Below are positions 23,998 through 34,459 of a stretch of 34,459 nucleotides of DNA, one piece after another. The translations under genes were made by a program, and so were the position numbers. The notes beneath the pieces are model-generated. The model was not told where the DNA came from. It ran no database searches and worked only from the letters and a program-made list of their open reading frames with translations. Source of the stretch: Octopus bimaculoides (taxonomy: Eukaryota); contig NC_068981.1 of NCBI RefSeq assembly GCF_001194135.2, positions 169,456,897-169,491,355 on the forward strand, in the 5' to 3' direction. Positions within the stretch are counted from its first letter, which is position 1; each line of letters opens with the position of its first letter.

Positions 23998-24316
23998 TAA
24001 GAGGAATCAAATTTAGAACGATATTAATACAATTATTCACCCAGTAAAAGTGACAATTAAAGCTGCCGTCGTTGGTATTTGAATTCACTGTACAGAGAAT
24101 TGAAAAAGTACCGTAAATCATCGTAGCCACCTCTATAACTACTCTACCAATTCGTTGCTTCTATTTCTGTCTGTGCATTATTGAATTAATTTAAGTCAAG
24201 TTATGGAGCAGTAATGCATCCGCTGTCTGTATCACCGAGCTAATGTTCGTTTAACTTGCGTGTTTACCTAGTTTCTCGTATTACTTTTTTTTTAGCGTGT
24301 GTATGTGCGATGTGTG

Positions 24317-24348
<32 letters not shown>

Positions 24349-24979
24349 ATATATATATGTCGTTTGAGTATATTTCTTTCTATTGTAATGTTATAATTTA
24401 CGCAATACGACCACTTTCTATAATATACGTTTGTTTGTTGTGTATTTTTGGAAGCAGTTTTTCGCACTGTGCAAATTGCAGTATTTATTTATATCCGCTT
24501 TCCTATTTGATTAAATCTGCTTTTAACCCGCACGTTCAGATATTTCATTTTTGAAATGTTTATATATAGAAAGTTTTTTGTATTTATATTACTTTTATTT
24601 GTTTTCGGGGAGATAGTTTCATCAGATGGAATTGAAACATTTACAAACAAATTTTTATGTGTTAATATGTGGATGTGTGATTATTAAACGATAATGATAG
24701 AGAAAAATTTATTAACTGGCTTTCAGTATAAACAGGCGTGTATCATATTATCGAGGTTTTAAACATTTTAAGATAGATAAAATCTTTGCTATATAATATC
24801 AGCGATAAGGTCTCTTTTTCTCCCACTCGCACAAACTCATACGCACATATATACCAATGACCACACGCGCAAGCACAGAGATACACTCCTGTGTACACAT
24901 GCACAGGCGAAGGTCACGCAGACATATCCATAGAGGAAAAGAACCGTCAAGGTCACACGAGAATATGTAGAAACAGATA

Positions 24980-25547
24980 ACTAGAATCCACTTCACTATT
25001 ATTGTTACCAGTTCCAGCATCAACACTATCACCTTCACCATTGTGATCAACATAACAGTAATCTTCATGATAATCCTCCCCAGCCTCACCATAACCTCCT
25101 CTTCCTTCTTGCTTCATTACCATAATCAATCTTAAAAGTCGCCATCATCATAATCTACTCAACAAGCTGTCATTATATCACTCCACGCCTGATATACAGT
25201 ATATTTGTCGACCATGAACTGCTTATCACCATTATTCGAGTACCGATTATGATCAGCACAATGATAATGGTGATGATGATGATGAAATTAAGATGATGAT
25301 GATGGTGAATATCATGAAGGCTGAGAACATTATCTTCATCACATTATCATCATCATGAGGATAATCATCATTAAAATCGCAGTAACAAAATGATGACGAC
25401 TGGGAACAATGGGCAATCTTTGATAATAAGGGTGATCACCATCATTATTGTAATTATCGCTGCTCTAATGACATACATAATGACGACAATATTAATGATA
25501 ATGACTCTTACTACAAAGATGGTAAAGATGATGATGGTGATGGTGAC

Positions 25548-25584
<37 letters not shown>

Positions 25585-25760
25585 GTAATGCTGACAATGA
25601 TTTCAGTGCTGGTGGTAATATTGACGATGACGCCGATGATGACGATGATGACGATAAAAGGTGATGATGATGATGTGTGACGACGATAGTGATGATAGAG
25701 ATGAGGACAACAGCAGCGACAAAGATGAGGATGATAAAAATGATGATTTTTCTGGACTGA
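24980..25760. repeat. Old degenerate (CAT)n-rich then (GAT)n-rich low-complexity region
   Basis: CAT/CAC-rich to ~25250, then GAT-rich with a pure run at ~25548-25582. Confidence 0.85.
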
Positions 25761-26154
25761 TTGAACGTATAATTATTTCGACTTCAGCTATTATAGTAGA
25801 TAAGGTTTACACTCCAAATATATTATTAATTCCAAATAGCAACGAACAGTGTTCCAGGAAGTTAGGTAAAGTTTTAAAAAATAATGATTTATGAAGAACT
25901 GATATATATATATATAAAATGGTAGTACCTTCTGATTGCGTAAGTCATTTCTAATTCATAATACATTTATTTAATAATCACTATATATTGAAAAAAAATA
26001 GTTTTCTCCCCAGTATGCAAACACAGATAAGCACATATATGCGTTTGTATGTCTGTGTATATACATGATGCATAAGGTATTTGAGGACATACCTTTTTGG
26101 GGTCATTGCTGCATTTTTGTCAACTCTGTATAATTGTTGTTTCAGAAATGAATA

Positions 26155-26280
26155 ATGATAGACCCCCAGCTTACTCAAGAAATGAAGAAGCATGCTGTTA
26201 TTGTGGTTATAAAGGCTGAGCATAGCGATTTAGAAATATCTCGATTTTTAAAAGTTGCCAGATCTTTCGTCTACAAAGTT
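26155..26280 (+). mobile_element. Tc1/mariner-superfamily transposase N-terminal (HTH) fragment
   Basis: MIDPQLTQEMKKHAVIVVIKAEHSDLEISRFLKVARSFVYKV, then breaks into ATACATATAT. Resembles the paired-like first HTH of invertebrate Tc1/mariner transposases (recalled pattern). Confidence 0.6.
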
Positions 26281-26755
26281 ATACATATATAACTTTTACA
26301 ATCCAGCCGTCCCTTCGAGACGGAATTTCGTCTTTCTGAACCAAATTGACCCTGAAGTGACTTATATGTTATTGAACTGTCATTATGTACAGCAGAGAAA
26401 AAAAAAATGTATGTATGTCAAAACAGTTTGTTGGTCTTTTGCGGTTTTTATGATTATTTATGTAATATTATGTTATGCTATGTATTATAATCAGAGTATT
26501 TAATGTAATGTAATATAAATGAATTATTGAATGTCAATAGAATATCTCTATATTTAATTTATCTTTATTATTGAATTATACCAATATCTATATGGTATCC
26601 AACTGAAGTACCAGTGAATTGGATACTTAACACACCCCTTTGAATGATTTCTTTTCCTCAGTCTGTTACTATATACTATATATATATATATATATATATC
26701 ATATATTATATATATTATTATATTATATATATCATATATATTATATTATGTATAT

Positions 26756-26795
<40 letters not shown>

Positions 26796-29383
26796 AAGAT
26801 CGGTACAAAATTGCCCACTGTATCCAAAAGGCAAAGGGTAAATGAAAATGCACACTGGTGTAAATTGATGCTAATCGTATAATTGACTTAAAGGTTGGAA
26901 CTTCTAATTATGTACTCGTGCTGTTAAACGGTATTGCATTAATGACGCAACCCGTCCACGATATCTGCACCAATCCTTTGTCTTCATACACACTTAGCTA
27001 AAACTCCTGGAGTGAAATTTTAGTAAAATGTGTATGAAGTGACAAAAGTAGACTTTATACAAACACACGCGTGCGCACAGACATATATGCACCAATAGAT
27101 TCATATTTCATGCCTCTGTGTGGCATGTATTGTGCAAACCGTATTTTCTACAACCTCAGATTAACCCGTATATTTTGAGTGAAGCTAGTTGGACAGAAAC
27201 TGTATATATTGAATGACTTGTATCTGCAATTCAAGATCAGAGCTTTGACACACTGTGTAACGCTGAATCAACCTGAGAATTACGGTAAGGGAACGTGTGT
27301 GCGTGCAATACTCAAACACTTAGACGTTAATTCAAAGAGCACCTAATTCAATTAATTCACCAATTGAATCCTTAGTGTCTAAATTGTCGGTGACACTCAC
27401 ACGGACTCACACGCACGAACACACACGTATACACAAACATACACATTTGTACAAAAATATATATAATATTAAGTATCGTATCTATATAATCGCCAATCTA
27501 ACATCACTCGATTTCGTTACGAATTATATCCTATTACATTCTTCTTTCAATTTTACAAATATAACTTTGCCTTCAACTACAGTTTATCTTCCAAGATTTC
27601 TCAACTTCGTTATTGGTAATTCCACTGCCACTAACTACTAAGCAAAGATATTATAATAGTGTCTAACATTGTATGAGACAATATTAAACAGAAATAGTTG
27701 CTAATATATGAATTATTCATATTCGCGGAATTAATTTCTCACCTTCTATCGAATTATGATGGTATATGTTGCAAAGTTTGAATTTAATAGAAAATTAAAC
27801 CTCAACTATTCGTGGAGCTAATCGGTTGCATATTAGCTCTGAAGCAGGCTAGGATACGATGTTGTCTATTAGATTTTGCTACCTAGACAGCATTCATAAC
27901 TAATATAGTGGGTATTTTTTTTGTATGTTTTACACAAAACAGCTGTGGCATCAGTCAGTTGCTTTTGTTTGTCTCGGCATCATCTATTAAATTCCTAGCC
28001 ATTTATTTAACGTGAACCTGCAAGGATTGTGTTACTGCGTATGCAAAACAACATATATGTTAAATTCATGAAGCTTCAAATTTAGTTTTGATAATTATTA
28101 GGTGATAGTAAGTTATGGTTTTACGGGTATTACGATACTATGAATCTCCTTGTGTAAGAAATAGATATTGTTAGTTACAATGCAAGCAAGGGTAACATTT
28201 AGTTAATGTTATACACTCTATGATTAATTTTGGTAAGCGGAATGCCGGATATGTTTATTCATTTTCTTAGTATTTTGTGAAATGTGACCTTACTGTATTT
28301 AAGAAGTCACTGCATATGCCTAGAACTTCGTCTGACTGTGAATCGCTACTCGGAGGTGGATATAAACAACAAATACTAGCAGTTATTGTAACTTGAAATA
28401 CCCCTCCCTCATTCCTACAAATATATCCGCTTCCTTTACTGTTCCCTGTTAATTCCAACTAGCCACTGACACTATGACTATGGCTCTCACAATACGAATC
28501 GACACATGGATAATCCGTACACACATGATTTCAATTTTAACATCAATCACAATTTTCCCAGATCTTAATCGTCTCTTCACCAATCAAACCACCCAACCAC
28601 TGCATTTTTGTGACCATCCCTCATTCTTGTACTTTAGCGCTACTACCTGCAGCAGGCCTGGCACTTTATGTCAACTAACTGGTTTTAGCTCAGCTAGGTT
28701 TATGTTAACTATTCTTGGCAGCACATATGCTTCACGCCCGCATTTTATACACAATAAAACTCAGTGACAAGGTCACAAAGTGTTTCACTTATAACATCGC
28801 CTCAGCTTTTCAGTCTAGCAACACCAGCCCGTGAACCACGAAGGATGCCCCCACGCATCGAATAGTGCTCAAGCTCTCAATTTATACTCTAGTTCTGTTC
28901 GGCTAGATTTCACAATGCATTTGATGTGTGTCGTATCTTCGCGTTGATTCTTTGCTTGCATTTTGCTGTTAGTACATGTTTCACCATTATACTTTAGTTT
29001 TTAATATACATTAATATATGCATGTGTCTGCACGTGTGTCAAAGGTGAACTATAAATCCCTATAATCGGAAACTAAATGAGTTCATTTGCTAATGTTCTG
29101 TGGCCACTGAAAATCACATGGTTCATCACACCACCGTATTTTCACCGTGAGAATACATGTTTGTCGCTCATATTACATATGACATCCGTTTATATATTTG
29201 CTCATAAACACTGTTTCTTACCACATAAGCATGAAAGTATGAACATGCATACACATACACGCAGTTCATATAAATATAAATCGCACATTTAATTAAACGT
29301 ACATAATTACATATATGTTTTCTCTCTATCTATCTCTCTCTCTCTATATATATATACAGAAGAGAGATAGAGAGAGAAAGAGG

Positions 29384-29419
<36 letters not shown>

Positions 29420-29442
29420 TGTATGTGTGTGTGTGTAGGACT

Positions 29443-29530
<88 letters not shown>

Positions 29531-30069
29531 CGAATGCGCATGTGTGTGTATATTTTGACTGTAAAATTTTGCTTAAAATCTGGATTTACCTTCGGTTACA
29601 CTGCAGTTACTAGTTTCTCTGTAAATCCAGTCTTCGGGGAATGATTATAATCCACCTTAATGCACTACTTGTTCAGGCAGCAGAGAAGAAATTTAAATGT
29701 TTCAAATATTTCTTGATTTGTCCACGGGCCGTTTCTGACTAAGCCTCAGTATAAAAAGTAATTTTATGTGAACAACGGAAATCAAGCTTATTCTGAAATA
29801 CGAATTCGCTTATCTCATGTAATATACACTGCTAGGCGTATAATTACTTTTGTTTCAAAGAATACAAAAGTTGTTATATAAAGATATTGTTAAAGCTGCA
29901 GAATTTAATGAAAGATTAACATTTAGCTGAAGGAAGTACTTTTCTGAACCTATTATATTTTAAGTGTTTTCCCATTTAAAATTTATCATTTGATGATCCA
30001 TTTCATAAACTATACACAGAAGGCCATTACACAAAATACAGGAATCCATAATTCACCAATCTTAAACAC

Positions 30070-30495
30070 ACATACACAAACATGTATTTATACATATATA
30101 CATATATATACATGCACACATACATATATATATATACACACACAAATATAAACACACATATAAATATATACGCACACATACATATATACATGCATACGTA
30201 TATGTATATATACACATACATATATACATATATATACATATATATATATAGATATATTATATATGTATATATACACGCACATATATACACATACATATAA
30301 ACACATATACACAAATATACGTATATATGCATACACACATATATATACATATATATATGCAAATGCACACATATATATAAATATACATACCTATACACAT
30401 CTATATATGCACATAGTATATATATACATACACACATATAAAATATACATATATAAACACATATATACACACATATATATACCTATATATATACA
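30070..30495. repeat. Degenerate (AT/AC) purine-pyrimidine tract
   Basis: Direct reading. Similar tracts at ~10100-10580, 26665-26795, 29330-29530 and 30793-30887; pure (CA)n at 21218-21323; (GA)n at 23915-23992. Confidence 0.95.
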
Positions 30496-30665
30496 CAGCA
30501 AAAATTTCGATTCAGGGGAAAATGGTACTTGTGTTGAGGCATCAGAATTTAGTACGGTATTATTCATAACATTTCAAAGCATGGTGATTAAAATCAAAAT
30601 AAGCAACAAGAATATCCAGAGTTAAAGCAGTACGATCGTTTCATGCAACTCCATTTAATAGAACA

Positions 30666-30794
30666 ATGAAATCGTTACATCAATTTAAATAGGAGAGCAA
30701 TCCTCAGCTGCACAAAGACATTTAATTAAATAAATTGTATGTCTGTGTGCAGCTGAGGATTGCTCTGCTTTTTTAATTGATGCAATGATTGCAT
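30666..30794. repeat. ~129-bp imperfect palindrome (pre-miRNA-like or MITE-like)
   Basis: Core 30694-30721 pairs with 30739-30766 at 27/28 positions; 17-nt AT loop; pairing extends with scattered mismatches to 30666/30794. Confidence 0.9.
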
Positions 30795-31587
30795 ATATAC
30801 ACATATATACATATATGTACACACACATATATATGCACATACATGCATATATACACATACATATGCATATATATATATATATATATANNNNNNNNNNNNN
30901 NNNNNNNNNNNNNNNNNNNNNNNNNNNNNNNNNNNNNNNNNNNNNNNNNNNNNNNNNNNNNNNNNNNNNNNNNNNNNNNNNNNNNNNNNNNNNNNNNNNN
31001 NNNNNNNNNNNNNNNNNNNNNNNNNNNNNNNNNNNNNNNNNNNNNNNNNNNNNNNNNNNNNNNNNNNNNNNNNNNNNNNNNNNNNNNNNNNNNNNNNNNN
31101 NNNNNNNNNNNNNNNNNNNNNNNNNNNNNNNNNNNNNNNNNNNNNNNNNNNNNNNNNNNNNNNNNNNNNNNNNNNNNNNNNNNNNNNNNNNNNNNNNNNN
31201 NNNNNNNNNNNNNNNNNNNNNNNNNNNNNNNNNNNNNNNNNNNNNNNNNNNNNNNNNNNNNNNNNNNNNNNNNNNNNNNNNNNNNNNNNNNNNNNNNNNN
31301 NNNNNNNNNNNNNNNNNNNNNNNNNNNNNNNNNNNNNNNNNNNNNNNNNNNNNNNNNNNNNNNNNNNNNNNNNNNNNNNNNNNNNNNNNNNNNNNNNNNN
31401 NNNNNNNNNNNNNNNNNNNNNNNNNNNNNNNNNNNNNNNNNNNNNNNNNNNNNNNNNNNNNNNNNNNNNNNNNNNNNNNNNNNNNNNNNNNNNNNNNNNN
31501 NNNNNNNNNNNNNNNNNNNNNNNNNNNNNNNNNNNNNNNNNNNNNNNNNNNNNNNNNNNNNNNNNNNNNNNNNNNNNNNNNNNNNNN

Positions 31588-31707
31588 CGTGAGGTTGAAA
31601 TGGAAAGTCGATCTCGTGGGGATTTGAACTCAGAATATAGCGGCAGAGGAAATACCGCTAAACATTTCATCCTGCTTGTTAATTATTCTGCCAGCTCACC
31701 GCCGTTA

Positions 31708-31784
<77 letters not shown>

Positions 31785-31976
31785 GAAGAAGAAGAAGTAG
31801 AAGAAGAGGAATGGTAGAAAAAAGAATAAAATAGTTATTATTTCTATCAAGGTGGCGAGTTCTCAGAATCGTTAGCGCGCTAGCCAAAATGCTTAGCGGC
31901 ATTTCGTCTGAGTTAACATGCTGAGTTCAAATCCCTTCGGGTTCCACTATACCTTTCATGTTTTCGGGTTACGAAG
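31588..31976. mobile_element. Head-to-head SINE-A pair (31588-31706 minus; 31849-31976 plus) around (AAT)n(GAA)n
   Basis: GGCGGTGAGCTGGCAGAA on the minus strand; GGTGGCGAGTTCTCAGAATCGTTAGC on the plus strand; both carry GAGTTCAAATCC. Confidence 0.75.
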
Positions 31977-31994
31977 TATCCTGGGATTTAGTCT

Positions 31995-32350
31995 CTTGCT
32001 CAAGAACGCAATGCACAGCCTGTCTGGGAATCGAACCCACGATCTTGTGATCGTGAGAGCAAAGCCCAAACCACTAAACCACGTCCTTCACGAAAATCAT
32101 TTGTACATGCACAAATGCCTAAACAATTTGTTTATAATGATCAAATGTTTTGTGCTGTACATAAGTGCAAGCCTACCACCGAATCGACATCCCTGTAGAA
32201 GTGCATGGTGTGCCAAATATCAGGTGTCGAATTGTTAGAAGAACAACGTGAGAGGAAATGTTTTGCTCAAGAACACAACGCACTACCCGGTCCGGAATTT
32301 GAACCTACGATCTCGTAATCGTGAGGACAAGTCACCAGGCTAAGTGCCTC
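31995..32350 (-). mobile_element. Two SINE-B-type copies (31995-32091 head; 32140-32350)
   Basis: A-box GGTTTAGTGGTTTGG, B-boxes GGGTTCGATTCCC and AGGTTCAAATTCC, each followed by TTCTTGAGCAA. Confidence 0.7.
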
Positions 32351-33636
32351 ACACACACACACATGCACACACACACACACACACACACACATGCACACAC
32401 ACAAACACAAACTCACAAAGACACAAACACACACACCAGTGTGTGTATGTGTGCTTGCGTTTGTGCCTGCTTACATGCGTGTGTGCACGCGCCCATAAAT
32501 TCAAATATGTAATACTTAATTCTGAAAAACTCGAACATAACATCCAACAGATATTTCATATTAATAAATATACTTTGCCACATTTCAAAAGTAGCTTGCA
32601 TCCGACAATAGGAACTCTGCTGAAATACTGTACTAAATTAGATAATAAATGTCACTAAATGAGTATTCTATCTTACCTTTAGAGGAAATCTGTTACATAC
32701 CTCTCGCACCAAGTGATACATATAAGACACTCACCTGAAAAATAAAGAAATATAGCAGGTTTTAATTAATTGGATATTTCAGAGTGTTAGAACGCAATTT
32801 TATTTAAAGCGCAGGAGGATAAGTCGATTCTGAAGGGAAACGAATTTCAAATGCAAACAAACGACTTATACAATTAACCGAAATATTGTTTGTATACATG
32901 GTCAGTACACTCATGTCTCCAAATCTGAAGTTTATCGTTATGTAGATAGAAGCGTTCTAATTCACCGCAGTATTTATGTGTGGTAGCCAAAGAAATTCGA
33001 TGACATCATGCATTGACATGTGTATGCTACTGTACAGCAGAAGCACGAATTTTCAACTGAGTGGACTGAAGAAACATGAAACAAACTGCTTTTCTAACGG
33101 ATACGAATTGCAGCAGGTTCCGACAATGGGACCGAAAATCTTACCATTGAGAATCCAACTAGGACCCGCAACTAGGTTATTGAATTGACGAGTGAGAGAC
33201 TCGTTAGATTTTATCCCCGTGTTCAAACCCAATTTTCTGCTTCCTGGAGTTGGCTACCGACCTCTCAGTTGAAGGACTGATTTACGAGCAATAGTATCAC
33301 GGAAACTGTGTGTATGCAACAGCTCGAGAGTTCTTGTGTGTTATCTGTAATGACCCTTTATGAAATGCTGATATATTGACAATTCACCATTGTTAGACGA
33401 ATGTTGCTTTTATTACAAAAAAAAAATAATAAAATGAATGAAAGCCTGAACGCTTAAGAAATCACACTCAAAATAATCCATCTGTGACTACCGTTGGGAG
33501 TTTACCCGGTTTCCATGGCGTATAAGTGAATGAAATTACAAATGGTCCGCCGGTTCCTCGCTGGTTTAACTTTCCAGGCATTACCAGGACTCATTTACAG
33601 CTTAGTGAACTGCAGCAACAAAAAAATATAATAGTA

Positions 33637-33686
33637 GCAGTAGCATCTGTAGTAGTAGCATCTGTAGTAGTAGCATCTGTAGTAGT
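33637..33686. repeat. 15-bp minisatellite GTAGTAGCATCTGTA x~3
   Basis: Direct reading. Confidence 0.85.
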
Positions 33687-34459
33687 AATACTATAGCTGT
33701 TGTAGTAGCATCAGTAGCAGTAGCTGTCATACCTTTAGTTGTGCTAACGTTTTCTTACCCACAATGCTTTGGAAATGGTCGCTATTTCAATATGAATATT
33801 ATCAGTAAGATAGTAAAATTGTGTTGTTTCGTATCTATCGGCACATGTGTCTACATATATATATCTTTGTTTGCTTTCCTTCAAGTAAGACGTAAAATTC
33901 AGTTAATAAATTAGTTTCGTGAAGATAACTCCGCGCACCAGAACCTGTCAAATTTATCCTAATCCACATTATTGCCCTTCTCCACCTATTTCGTTTACCT
34001 TACCTTTCGACTACTGCAAACATACCATTCATTGCTCAACATATATGAATTTACCACCAAGACGCAGCAAAACTTTGAGTAACTGTTATAGTTATATTCT
34101 TTGAGTTCGGTGTTATGTAACCACATTTCAACACAATAAGATTCAGAAGATTCAAAGTTTGCAATAAGTTCCAAAAAAAGGCTTATCCGAATTTTCAGAA
34201 TATAATCCCGTATTTAGTTAAAAGTTAAAAAATTAAAAAAAAGCTGGCAAACTTTCTGTAAGTTCAGCATTATTAGTGAAGAAGGTAAATAAAAGGAAGA
34301 ATCTCTTTCTCAGTTCAATTCATTGAACTGAACAGTCTTTGATTTTAGGATTGTCACACATGCAGATATATGGAAACAGACAAAACACAAACGGTTACAT
34401 ACTTAGACATGTCTACATATAGTTCTACATACATATATTCATATATATATATATATATA

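Overview
AT-rich, microsatellite-saturated animal genomic DNA with four assembly gaps (16474-16538, 17112-17903, 21921-22311, 30888-31587). The repeat landscape suggests an octopus/coleoid cephalopod genome; this is an inference from recalled SINE consensus motifs, not a search. No intact host gene, rRNA, functional tRNA or CRISPR array is supported, and almost all ORFs in the track are microsatellite or gap artefacts. Recognisable coding remnants all come from transposons: an L1/Tx1 ORF2 piece (1-264), a decayed Penelope-like element with RT and GIY-YIG domains (290-2138), two CR1-group LINE pieces (8560-9176, 12790-13145), an R4/Dong-type REL endonuclease end embedded in (TAA)n (20243-20599) and a Tc1/mariner N-terminus (26155-26280). 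Many tRNA-derived SINE copies fall into at least four families. The most interesting structure is a tRNA-head + (AAT)n + minimal hammerhead ribozyme unit present as a head-to-head inverted dimer bounded by a 13-bp direct repeat (16220-16782), i.e. a candidate Pol III SINE/retrozyme hybrid. Also notable are a second hammerhead-like family with a variant core abutting (TA)n, two long hairpins (8885-8944, 30666-30794), and a pseudo-tRNA between 354-bp-spaced direct repeats.
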